DNA of 64,000 nt from an uncultured Actinomycetota bacterium (GTDB taxonomy: Bacteria; Actinomycetota; Actinomycetes; Mycobacteriales; Mycobacteriaceae): the NCBI GenBank assembly GCA_963737385.1, contig CAVTSZ010000025.1:109848-173847 (forward strand), in the 5' to 3' direction. Positions within the stretch are counted from its first letter, which is position 1, and each line of letters starts with the position of its first letter. This document shows, piece after piece, positions 1-8,670 of the stretch. The position numbers and the translations under genes are program-made. The notes beneath the pieces were generated by a model, which was not told the DNA's origin, did not search any database, and worked only from the letters and a program-made list of their open reading frames with translations.

Positions 1-1329
1 CGCTACCCCGGCCTCACCTGCGACATACCATCGCAGCTGTACCAGTTTTCATTCGCGCCGAAGCCGGATTGGACGGGCCTGTTCGCACCGGGGGCGGAGA
101 TTCAGCGCTACCTTCGCGAGGTTGTAGACCGCCACGATCTCAACGACCATCTGCGGCTGAACACTGAGGTCGGATCGGCCAGCTTCGATGGATCCACCTG
201 GCAGATCACGACTTCTGACGGCGCCGAATTGGTGGCGGACTTCCTGATAGCCGCGACTGGCGTGCTGCATCACCCCTTCACACCGGACATTCCGGGTCTC
301 GATACCTTCGACGGCGATGCCATCCACACCGCGCGCTGGGACGACGGTGTGGTTACCGACGGGCGTCGCATCGCCGTCATCGGCACCGGTTCGACAGGCG
401 TGCAGGTCGTGTCCGCCCTCCAACGCAAAGCCGCACACATCAGCCATTTCGTTCGGTCACCGCAGTGGGTGATGTGGGCGCCGACGGGGCTCCCCCAGCC
501 GGCGGCGGTAGCCAAGCTCTTGCGAAGGCTGCCGAAGGTCCACCGCAGGCTGTACGACGTGTTGCTCTGGGGCTCGGGCATTCTCGTCGACATCGCGACC
601 CGACCGAGCTGGCGTCGCAGCCTTATCCAGGCGTACGCACGCTGGTCTTTGAGCGCTCAGATCCGGAACCCGGTGCTTCGCGATCGACTCACCCCCGACT
701 ACGAGCCGTTTTGCAAGCGGCAGGTGATGTCGAGCTCCTACTATCGCGCGATCAGCGCGAACAACGCCGAACTGGTCACATCACCGATCGAACGAGTCAC
801 CCCGCGTGGCATCCAGACGACGGATGGCCGCGAGATCGACGTCGACCTGCTGGTGTTGGCAACCGGTTTCCACCCCCACAATTACATGCGCCCCATGCAG
901 CTGCGCGGCCGCGACGGCATCTCGATCGACGATGCCTGGGCGAAAGGTCCACGCGCCTACCGGATGACGGCAATTCCTGGATTCCCGAACTTCTTCACGG
1001 TATTGGGGCCCAACTCACCGACCGGCTCCATTTCGTTGCAGTACTCGTCAGAACTCACGGCCCGCTACATCACGCAATGGCTGCGCCGGTTCCGAGACGG
1101 TGAGGTGGACATCGTCGAGGTAACCGAGGAAGCCACGGCGAAGTTCAACGACGACGTCGGGCTGGCGCTCGGTCCGACCGTGTGGAATACCGGTTGCAAC
1201 TCTTGGTATCTCACCGATGAGGGAAACGTCGACCTGTGGCCTTTCGACCGCAAGACGATGACTGAGATGCTGAGCCGACCCGATGATCGGGACTACCACA
1301 TCACGACTAGGGAACCGACTGCCCGCTAG
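1..1329 (+). CDS. Flavin-containing (Baeyer-Villiger type) monooxygenase, 5' end outside window
   Basis: Frame open from base 1 (RYPGLTCDIPSQLYQFSF); BVMO fingerprint FDGDAIHTARW; second Rossmann motif VIGTGSTG; ATGF; WNTGCNSWY. Confidence 0.93.
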   Translation, partial: RYPGLTCDIPSQLYQFSFAPKPDWTGLFAPGAEIQRYLREVVDRHDLNDHLRLNTEVGSASFDGSTWQITTSDGAELVADFLIAATGVLHHPFTPDIPGLDTFDGDAIHTARWDDGVVTDGRRIAVIGTGSTGVQVVSALQRKAAHISHFVRSPQWVMWAPTGLPQPAAVAKLLRRLPKVHRRLYDVLLWGSGILVDIATRPSWRRSLIQAYARWSLSAQIRNPVLRDRLTPDYEPFCKRQVMSSSYYRAISANNAELVTSPIERVTPRGIQTTDGREIDVDLLVLATGFHPHNYMRPMQLRGRDGISIDDAWAKGPRAYRMTAIPGFPNFFTVLGPNSPTGSISLQYSSELTARYITQWLRRFRDGEVDIVEVTEEATAKFNDDVGLALGPTVWNTGCNSWYLTDEGNVDLWPFDRKTMTEMLSRPDDRDYHITTREPTAR

Positions 1330-1439
1330 ACGGTATGGGGTTGGTCAATCCGGGATCACCGTTGTCATGGCATTCATTGCTTACGTCCCTGAACACCGAT
1401 TTAGCTGCTAATGTGCCAATCTCCAGCAGCGAAGGAGCC

Positions 1440-1669
1440 GTGAACTGCGCCGAACATCACGAACCATCACTTCACTTCTTGCCGCGGTTGGCACAGGGTT
1501 TGCGGTATCCACAATGATCGGCGCACCCATCGCCCTCGCGAAGGTTTGTGGCCCCGGCCAATCAGAAATCGACGGTGGTGAATGCATCTACCCCGATAAC
1601 AAGACGCACGAGGTCGCTGGCGGCAAGGTCCAATGCACTCTGCACAGCTGCGTTTATAGAGAGGACTGA
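1440..1669 (+). CDS. Small secreted 4-Cys protein (~76 aa) with a 1-nt deletion after the start; not in ORF track
   Basis: AAGGAG RBS then GTG at 1440; from 1445 open frame LRRTSRTITSLLAAVGTGFAVSTMIGAPIALA-KVCGPGQSEIDGGECIYPDNKTHEVAGGKVQCTLHSCVYRED*; signal peptide with ALA cleavage site. Confidence 0.6.
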
Positions 1670-1920
1670 CCCCCAAACTGTGGGCGGCGACCCGAGGATA
1701 GGCCGTACGGCCGCGGACGCTGACCCGCTACAAATGGGCACGTCCAAAACCCGGACCATCAGGTAGTTGGCCGTCAGCCCAGCCGCCCCGGCCGATCCAG
1801 ACGGTCCTGAGCCAGTGGTGACACCGACTGCCTGAAGAACACTTCAGGGGAACGCTCGTGAGCAGCATAAACGCTGCCATTGCGCACCGTCCGGCCCGCT
1901 CCTCGGCCTACACTTCCGCA

Positions 1921-3222
1921 ATGTTCTCGGAGACGCGGTATGCGCGCAACGGGGACTTGCACGTCGCCTATAGGGCGTCGCCCAAGGGTGAACGCGACAT
2001 CGTGTTTGTCCCGAATTGGTTCACCAATTGCGAGGTGATGCCGGAATTGCCGTCGCTGCAGGGCTGGGTTGAGGCCGTGTCATCGCTCGGCCGGCTGATC
2101 TTTCTCGACCATCTGGGCACAGGCGCTTCCGACCCCGTGACCCCGGACGCGCCGCCGAACATGGAGCAATGGGCCGACAGCATCGCCGCGGTGCTCGACG
2201 ATCTCGGGAGCACTGAAGCAGTTCTCCTCGCGACCGCCGCCGCGGTCGCGACCGGGGCGCTGTTCGCGGCGACATATCCGTCTCGCACCACCGCGCTGGT
2301 CGTGCTCGACGGTTATGCAGATACGGGCGGCACCGCATTCAGAGACGACGCTGCGATGGCCCGCTGGTGGGGCACCGGGCAGATCCAACATGCGATGAAT
2401 CCGGACATGCCGTGGAACGAGGAGATTCGCTCAACGTGGGCTCGATGGGAGCGCATGTCGGCGAGCCCGCGAACCGTCGCCCTCATGTACTCACTCGTGT
2501 CGAATTTGGACGTGCGGGCGGTCCTTCCGACAGTCCGTGTGCCGACTCTCGTCGTTCAGCACTCCAACAATTCTTACATCCCTCCCGCGAAGGGCACATA
2601 CATCGCCGAGCACATCCCCGACGCGAAATACGTTGAGCTACCGGGACGCAACTGGTACCACTTCGTCGAGCCCTGGCGCGAGTCATTCCAAGAGATGGCC
2701 GAGTTCCTCACCGGCCACCATGCCGAGGTGGCCGACGACCGGGTTCTCGCGACGGTGTTGTTCACCGACATCGTGGATTCGACGCGCCGGGCCGCAGAGA
2801 TCGGCGACCGTGACTGGCGTGCGCTGCTCGATGCGCACGACGCCGTCGTCCGGGCGCAACTGTCTCGCTTTCGTGGCCGCGAGGTCAACACGTCGGGAGA
2901 CGGCTTCCTGGCGATGTTCGACGGCCCGCAGCGGGCGATCCGCTGCGCGATGTCGATCCGCGACGCGGTGCAATCCCTTGGCATCGAGGTTCGCGCCGGG
3001 TTGCACACCGGCGAATGCGAAGTGCGCGGCGATGACATCGGCGGGATCGCCGTGCACATCGGCGCGCGGGTGAGCACCCTGGCAGGGCCGAACGACGTGC
3101 TGGTGTCCAGCACACTGCGCGATCTGGTGATCGGATCAGGACTGCAATTCGAGCCGCGTGGTGCGCATGGGCTCAAGGGCGTGCCTGGCGAGTGGCAGCT
3201 CTTCGCGGTCGCCTCTACGTAG
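1921..3222 (+). CDS. LipJ-like alpha/beta-hydrolase-fold + class III adenylate cyclase fusion
   Basis: N-term ETRYARNGDLHVAYR; cyclase motifs [45 protein letters not shown], as in Rv1900c-type cyclases. Confidence 0.9.
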   Translation: MFSETRYARNGDLHVAYRASPKGERDIVFVPNWFTNCEVMPELPSLQGWVEAVSSLGRLIFLDHLGTGASDPVTPDAPPNMEQWADSIAAVLDDLGSTEAVLLATAAAVATGALFAATYPSRTTALVVLDGYADTGGTAFRDDAAMARWWGTGQIQHAMNPDMPWNEEIRSTWARWERMSASPRTVALMYSLVSNLDVRAVLPTVRVPTLVVQHSNNSYIPPAKGTYIAEHIPDAKYVELPGRNWYHFVEPWRESFQEMAEFLTGHHAEVADDRVLATVLFTDIVDSTRRAAEIGDRDWRALLDAHDAVVRAQLSRFRGREVNTSGDGFLAMFDGPQRAIRCAMSIRDAVQSLGIEVRAGLHTGECEVRGDDIGGIAVHIGARVSTLAGPNDVLVSSTLRDLVIGSGLQFEPRGAHGLKGVPGEWQLFAVAST

Positions 3223-3241
3223 CAGTGGATTTCGGCACCGG

Positions 3242-3415
3242 CTAGAACGGTGGGGGTTTGTTGCGTTCGGCGATGCGTTCGGCGGCGAAGGGTTCGTTGA
3301 GGCGGCGTTGGTCGGCGATGTCCTTGGCGCGTTGTTGGGTTCGGGTCTGCTTGCGGCGCGGCATCATCAGCCCGCGACTGGTGGTTTCGCTGCCCTGGGC
3401 GTCCCCCGGTATGTC
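3242..3415 (-). pseudogene. C-terminal remnant of DUF222/HNH (13E12-repeat family) protein
   Basis: RGLMMPRRKQTRTQQRAKDIADQRRLNEPFAAERIAERNKPPPF* matches the typical family tail. Confidence 0.7.
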
Positions 3416-3424
3416 GCGTGTGAT

Positions 3425-3512
3425 GACCGCGGACACCGCCAAGGCCATCAACGCCGAACGCCGACTCAACGACGCTCTTGTGGCGGAGCGGAATAGACCT
3501 CCGCCGTTCTGA
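3425..3512 (+). pseudogene. Second DUF222/HNH C-terminal remnant, opposite orientation
   Basis: AKAINAERRLNDALVAERNRPPPF*, homologous to the tail at 3242-3330. Confidence 0.65.
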
Positions 3513-3610
3513 GGCACGACAGAGCCAGTCGAACCCTAAGTGCCTCTGTCGATTTCACCGAGTGGATAAGTGCTTACGGCAGGCGAAATGAGTCGCGCCG
3601 AAACCCACCG

Positions 3611-3843
3611 CTACGGAGAGGCGACGGCGAAGAGATGCCATTCGCCGGGCACACCTTTCAGCTCATGAGTGCCGCGCTCCTCGAATTCGAGTCCTGACCC
3701 GATCACGAGGTCGCGCAGCGTGCTGGACACCAGCACGTCGTTCGGCCCTGCCAGGGCGCTCACGCGCGCGCACCGATGTGCACGGCGATCCCGCCGATGT
3801 CATCGCCGCGGACCTCGCACTCGCCGGTGTGCAGCCCGGCGCG
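3611..3843 (-). pseudogene. Truncated, frameshifted LipJ-type cyclase C-terminal fragment
   Basis: [26 protein letters not shown] / [50 protein letters not shown]; extra bases in a GC dinucleotide run near 3765. Confidence 0.88.
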
Positions 3844-3888
3844 CCAACCGTCATTGATCGGAAAACACTGGCGTGTGAACAGTTTCGC

Positions 3889-4050
3889 CTAGTTGCGGCA
3901 GGTCCAGGTGGTGTGCCCACCGCCGTGCCCGAGGCAAGCCTGGTGACCGACGAGGACTTGGTTCGGGCCGAGCGGGTGGCCGTTGGGGCATCGCGTCGGT
4001 GGGTGGGTGATCCACTCCCCGCGCGTGGTTTGAACTAGCTCGCCGAGCGC
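3889..4050 (-). pseudogene. Truncated small Cys/His (putative Zn-binding) mycobacterial hypothetical protein
   Basis: LGELVQTTRGEWITHPPTRCPNGHPLGPNQVLVGHQACLGHGGGHTTWTCRN*; no clean start codon; stops after the first Cys of a probable CxxC. Confidence 0.55.
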
Positions 4051-4158
4051 CCCATCAAGCCTAGGCCGCGCGGGAACCACCCACGGTCAGGATTAGCGTT
4101 GGGGGCGGTCCACCATAAGGAGGGCCGAGATCATCTAAACGGGAGAGATAAGCAGACC

Positions 4159-4542
4159 ATGACGGAACAGCCGGGACTTCCTGACCAGTTCAAGGAGCTG
4201 GTGACGGAGAACGAGAAGCGGATGAAGGCGATTCAGGACCAGATCGCAAACCAGTTAGAGGCTCAGCGCAGGGCGGTCACGGACTTGGTCGAGTCCCAGC
4301 AGAAGGCGTTCGCGGATTTCCTCGAACAGCAGCGCAGCGTCAAGATCGGTGACCACTGGGAGGCTCAGCGCAAGGCGATCAGCGAGCAGATCGAGCACCA
4401 GCGGAAAGCGTTCACGGACCTGGTGGAACGGCAGTGGACCGCCCAAAAGAAGGCTATCGAGGACGCGCAGCATGCAATCGCCGGGAGATTTCGACCTAAG
4501 CCGGACGAGCCTAAGCCGGACGAGCCTAAGCCGGACGAGTAG
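4159..4542 (+). CDS. Hypothetical helical protein with ~11-aa repeats and (PKPDE)3 tail
   Basis: GGGAGA upstream of ATG 4159; repeats LEAQRRAVTDL/VESQQKAFADF/WEAQRKAISEQ/IEHQRKAFTDL; followed by a strong hairpin. Confidence 0.75.
   Translation: MTEQPGLPDQFKELVTENEKRMKAIQDQIANQLEAQRRAVTDLVESQQKAFADFLEQQRSVKIGDHWEAQRKAISEQIEHQRKAFTDLVERQWTAQKKAIEDAQHAIAGRFRPKPDEPKPDEPKPDE
4495..4539 (+). repeat. Perfect 15-bp tandem repeat x3 (CCTAAGCCGGACGAG)
   Basis: Read directly; encodes PKPDE x3 before the stop. Confidence 0.97.
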
Positions 4543-4556
4543 GTCTTGATCAGGCA

Positions 4557-4585
4557 CGCCACCCCTAGGGCGCCCAGGGGTGGCG
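4557..4585. terminator. GC-rich hairpin between convergent ORFs
   Basis: 10-bp perfect stem CGCCACCCCT/AGGGGTGGCG; no U-tract. Confidence 0.6.
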
Positions 4586-4667
4586 GGCCGAGGGTTCAGG
4601 GGGTGTGGGAAACGCCCCGGCTAGCGGCCATGACCTCTGTTCGGATTGGTGTCCCGGGAAGCACCTA

Positions 4668-4985
4668 CTATGTCGCTCGCGCAGATGCGACGGCGAAAAG
4701 ATGCCACTCGCCGGGCACGCCCTTGAGCTCATGAGCGCCACGTTCTTCGAACTCAAGCCCCGACCCGATCACCAGGTCGCGCAACGTGCTGGACACCAGC
4801 ACGTCGTTCGGCCCCGCCAAGGCGCTCACGCGCGCACCGATGTGCACGGCGATGCCGCCGATGTCCTCGCCGCGGACCTCGCACTCGCCGGTGTGCAACC
4901 CGGCGCGCACCTCGATGCCGAGTGCCTGCACCGTGTCGCGGATCGCCATCGCGCAGCGGATCGCCCGCTGAGGGCCGTCGAACAT
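4668..4985 (-). pseudogene. Third LipJ-type cyclase C-terminal fragment (105 codons, lacks both metal-binding Asp motifs)
   Basis: MFDGPQRAIRCAMAIRD...[19 protein letters not shown], nearly identical to the C-terminus of 1921-3222. Confidence 0.88.
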
Positions 4986-5040
4986 CGACTCGCGGCCCGA
5001 CCCGAGGTCGTTTCGGGTGCCTGACGTTTAGTGTCGCGGC

Positions 5041-6537
5041 ATGGACCGCGTCTTTCAGTGGCTGTGGGATCGGTACGGACCGAGGTATTCGTGGGCGATC
5101 TGCGTCCTCATTTACCTGCTGGGGCTGTTCGTCTTCGGCAGTTACTCGTTGATCATTGTCGCTTTCGAAGGATCTGGTGGCTTCATCGACGCGGCCGTCG
5201 TCACCGCTGTCGCCGTGTTGGTGCAGGCCTACCTGCTGGTTCTTCCCGGCTCGAAGGAGGTGCACCTGTTTGAAGGGTGGGCAGCGGGCCACGAGGTCGA
5301 TCCGATGACGGCATTGGGCGCCACCTTCGCCTACGCGCGGAGGGCGGCCATCCGGTCGCTCGCGATCAATGTGGTGTGGGCACCTTTACTTGGGGTTGTT
5401 GTCGGTGGGATCGTCGGCGCGACCAGTTGGCGGCTGGTCCAGTACGCGATTGTGGGTGCCGCGTATGGCGCTGCCATTGGGGTAATCAATATGCACAGTT
5501 TCGTGGAGGGAGCGCTGCGGCCGGCAAGGGCCGCCATAGCCGGTGACACTGGAATTGGGGACTCGCTGCCGCGCTCTCGCCCGACCCTCGCGACATGGTC
5601 CTCCGCGTCCCTGCTCGCGGTGGCGTTCGTATGTGCCACGGCAGGCGCGAGCCTGGCCTCCGTGATCGATCGCGCCCGCGAGGATCCTGTCGTCTCCGTC
5701 GTGATCGGGAGCGCATTAACGCTCCTCTCCGGGCAGCTCGCAGTCGCCGTGACCTCACCGTTCTTGCGACCGATTCGCGACCTCGCCAGAGGAACAGAAC
5801 GTGTCGCGGTGGGCGACTACAGCCGACGTTTGCCGGTGGTTCAGGACGACGATCTGGGTGCGCTGGCGGCGTCGTTCAATCGTATGCAGGCGGGTTTGGC
5901 TGAGCGGCAACGACTTCAGGCGGCATTCGGCACCTACGTCGACCCCGCCCTCGCCACCCGGCTAATCGAGCAGGGCAACGACGTGTTCACCGGTGAGCGC
6001 CGGGAGGTGACGGTGATGTTCGTCGACATCCGCGACTTCACCCCGTTTGCCGAGGCGAACACCGCCGAGGACACTGTGGCCCGGCTCAACGCGCTTTTCG
6101 AGATCGTGGTGCGGGCCGTCGTCGACGCCGGAGGGCATGTCAACAAGTTCCTCGGCGACGGCGCGCTGGCCGTCTTCGGGGCTCCGAACGATCTCGCGGA
6201 TCATGCCGACGCCGCGGTGAGCGCCGCTGTGTTGATTCAGCGCCTCGTCGCCCAGCGATTTGGCGGTGAGCTTCGGATCGGCATCGGGATCAACACCGGT
6301 GTGGTGATCGCTGGCACCATTGGCGGCGGAGCTCATATGGAGTTCAGCCTGATCGGCGACACGACCAACGTGGCTGCCCGCGTCGAGCAGCTCACCAAGA
6401 TCACCGGCGACGCCATCCTTCTCACTGACCAAACCGTTGACGCCCTGGTTTCTCGACCGCCCAGACTCGCTGACCGGGGTGCTCACGCGCTGAAGGGCAA
6501 GTCAGCCCCGACCGTGGTCTTCGGCCTTGACCCATAG
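5041..6537 (+). CDS. Membrane-anchored HAMP-domain class III adenylate cyclase
   Basis: Several TM segments; HAMP (PIRDLARGTERVAVGDYSRRLPVVQDDDLGALAASFNRM); catalytic VMFVDIRDFT, NKFLGDG, GDTTNVAAR. Confidence 0.93.
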   Translation: MDRVFQWLWDRYGPRYSWAICVLIYLLGLFVFGSYSLIIVAFEGSGGFIDAAVVTAVAVLVQAYLLVLPGSKEVHLFEGWAAGHEVDPMTALGATFAYARRAAIRSLAINVVWAPLLGVVVGGIVGATSWRLVQYAIVGAAYGAAIGVINMHSFVEGALRPARAAIAGDTGIGDSLPRSRPTLATWSSASLLAVAFVCATAGASLASVIDRAREDPVVSVVIGSALTLLSGQLAVAVTSPFLRPIRDLARGTERVAVGDYSRRLPVVQDDDLGALAASFNRMQAGLAERQRLQAAFGTYVDPALATRLIEQGNDVFTGERREVTVMFVDIRDFTPFAEANTAEDTVARLNALFEIVVRAVVDAGGHVNKFLGDGALAVFGAPNDLADHADAAVSAAVLIQRLVAQRFGGELRIGIGINTGVVIAGTIGGGAHMEFSLIGDTTNVAARVEQLTKITGDAILLTDQTVDALVSRPPRLADRGAHALKGKSAPTVVFGLDP

Positions 6538-6586
6538 GCCGACGCTATCTCGGGCTGATCCCTCGCGCGGGCCTGGTAGCGGGACG

Positions 6587-6884
6587 TCAAGATGGTGGTC
6601 GATTGGTCGCAGACATTGGTGGTATCAATTTGACTTCGCCCTGCGGTGAGGTCCACACCACCGTGGCATCGGGGAGTTGGCGGTCATGCCAGCCCCAGGA
6701 TGTTTTGAGCTGGTGGTGAAACACGCACAGCAGCTTGAGATTCGACGGATGCGTGGGCCCTACCGGATACGGAATGGTGTGGTCGATTTCGCACACCGCC
6801 GCCGGCGCCTCACAATCCGGGAACCGGCACGCCAAGTCGCGACAACGAATGGACCGCGCCAGCGCCGCCGAGGGCAGATACCCC
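6587..6884 (-). pseudogene. DUF222/HNH endonuclease (13E12 family) remnant truncated by an IS3 end
   Basis: [61 protein letters not shown]: CxxxxC...DH...N...C..HH HNH signature. Confidence 0.85.
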
Positions 6885-7488
6885 TGGCCTGACCCCGGTT
6901 GGTTGGTCCTGGGTGTGTGAGAGTCTTGCGGCCCATGTTAATTCGGTGGACTCAAAGCCGATGACGCCAAGCGGCTCAAAGACCTTGAGAGGGAGAACGC
7001 CACACTCAAGCGGCTGCTGGCCGATGCCGAGCTGGAAAAGGCCGCGCTCAAGGAGATCGCGAAGGGAAACTTCTAGACCGCCACGCCCGCACCACCTCCA
7101 GCGGGTGCTGGGGGTGAGTGAACGGTTCGCCTGCCGGGTGACCGGGCAACACAGAGGGAACCCAGCGCCACCAGCCCACAGCGACGACACCGGCCAGACC
7201 CGGAGGCCGCGTTGCGGGCCTAGCTGCGTGCCTACGCCCGCGATCATCCGCGGCGCGGGTTCCGGCCCGCCGATCACGACGCCCGCGGGGAGCTGGAACG
7301 TCCATCACAAGAAGATTCAACGGCTCTGGCGCCAGGAAGGGCTACGGGTCCCGCAGCGGTGCCGCCGCAAACGCCGCGGCACCTCGACCGTGACCGACGC
7401 ACCGCCCGCCGATGCCCCCAATGCTGCCACCTGTACCCACCGATGAACGACTCTCACCTGCTGTGGACTAGTTCTCGTGGTCTGGTCA
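6885..7488 (+). mobile_element. Internally deleted IS3-family element (604 bp) retaining both termini
   Basis: Ends TG...CA with imperfect IRs (TGGCCTGACCCCG...GTGAGAGT vs revcomp TGACCAGACCACG...GTGAGAGT); orfA tail FGGLKADDAKRLKDLERENATLKRLLADAELEKAALKEIAKGNF* with AAGGGAAAC slippery site; orfB start VSERFACRVTGQHR...KKIQRLWRQEGLRVP and end AATCTHR*. Confidence 0.82.
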
Positions 7489-7563
7489 ATATCTGCGCGG
7501 CTGAGGCCTTCGGAAGCCAATAATCGAGCGCATCCTCCGACCACGCAAAGGAGCGCAACAACG

Positions 7564-8670
7564 ATGAAGACCAAGGCAGCGGTGCTGTGGGGACTAAACC
7601 AGAAGTGGGAAGTCGAGGAAGTGGACCTCGACGGCCCGAAGGAAGCCGAGGTGCTCGTCAAACTGATGGCCAGCGGACTGTGTCACTCCGACCATCACCT
7701 CGTCACCGGCGACCTGCAGATGCCGTTGCCCGCTGTCGGCGGGCACGAGGGCGCCGGTGTGGTCGTCGACATCGGACCAGGTGTCACCGAGGTCGCCGAG
7801 GGTGACCCAGTCGTATTGAGCTTCATTCCGGCCTGCGGCCGCTGCACCGCCTGTGCGCGGGGCATGAGCAACCTATGCGAGCTTGGCGCGAACATCCTCA
7901 AAGGCCCGCAGCTGGACGGGACGTACCGATTTCACGCCCGCGGACAGGATCTGGGCCAGATGTGCGTGCTTGGGACGTTCTCGGAGTACACGGTCGTGCC
8001 GACCGCCTCGGTGATCAAGGTCGAGCAGGGCATCGCGCTGGACAAGGCCGCGCTGGTGGGCTGCGGCGTGACCACCGGCTACGGCAGTGCGGTCCGCGCC
8101 GGCGAAACCCGCGATGGTGACACCGTGGTGGTGATGGGCGTCGGTGGCGTCGGGATCAACGCGATTCAGGGCGCGCGGATAGCAGGCGCGCGAAACATCG
8201 TCGCCCTGGACCCGGTGGAGTACAAACGCAGTCGGGCAATGGAATTCGGCGCCACGCACGTAGTGGCGACGGTCGAGGACGCTAATGGGCTGGTCACCGA
8301 GCTTACGCGCGGACAGAAAGCCAACGTGTGCATTGTCACGACCGATGTCGCTGAGGGCGCGTATGTGGCCCAGGCACTCAGTCTCGTCGGTAAGCGCGGT
8401 CGGGTGGTGATAACGGCAGTCCCGCACCCGACCGACACCACTGTCAATATGTCGTTGTCCGACCTGCTGTTTTTCGAAAAGCAGCTCTACGGATCAGTTT
8501 TCGGCTCCTCGAACCCCCGCCACGACATTTACCGGCTGCTCGACTTGTACAGCACCGGGCAGCTCAAGCTCGACGAGCTGATCACGCGGGAGTACACGCT
8601 CGAGGACATCAACCAAGGTTACGACGACATGTTCAGCGGTGTGAACCTACGCGGCCTGATCCGCTACTGA
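7564..8670 (+). CDS. Zn-dependent NDMA-dependent-type alcohol dehydrogenase (MDR family)
   Basis: AAGGAG RBS; MKTKAAVLWG; GLCHSD, GHEGAG, CGRCTAC structural Zn site, GVGGVG. Confidence 0.92.
   Translation: MKTKAAVLWGLNQKWEVEEVDLDGPKEAEVLVKLMASGLCHSDHHLVTGDLQMPLPAVGGHEGAGVVVDIGPGVTEVAEGDPVVLSFIPACGRCTACARGMSNLCELGANILKGPQLDGTYRFHARGQDLGQMCVLGTFSEYTVVPTASVIKVEQGIALDKAALVGCGVTTGYGSAVRAGETRDGDTVVVMGVGGVGINAIQGARIAGARNIVALDPVEYKRSRAMEFGATHVVATVEDANGLVTELTRGQKANVCIVTTDVAEGAYVAQALSLVGKRGRVVITAVPHPTDTTVNMSLSDLLFFEKQLYGSVFGSSNPRHDIYRLLDLYSTGQLKLDELITREYTLEDINQGYDDMFSGVNLRGLIRY

Noticed and set aside
2992-4985. Diversity-generating retroelement (TR/VR) explanation for the repeated cyclase tails
   Set aside because: Differences are mostly synonymous and not adenine-specific; no reverse transcriptase in the window
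1921-6884. Calling the island a Pycsar/CBASS system
   Set aside because: Cyclases have LipJ and HAMP signalling architectures, nuclease genes are convergent and broken, and there is no co-oriented effector
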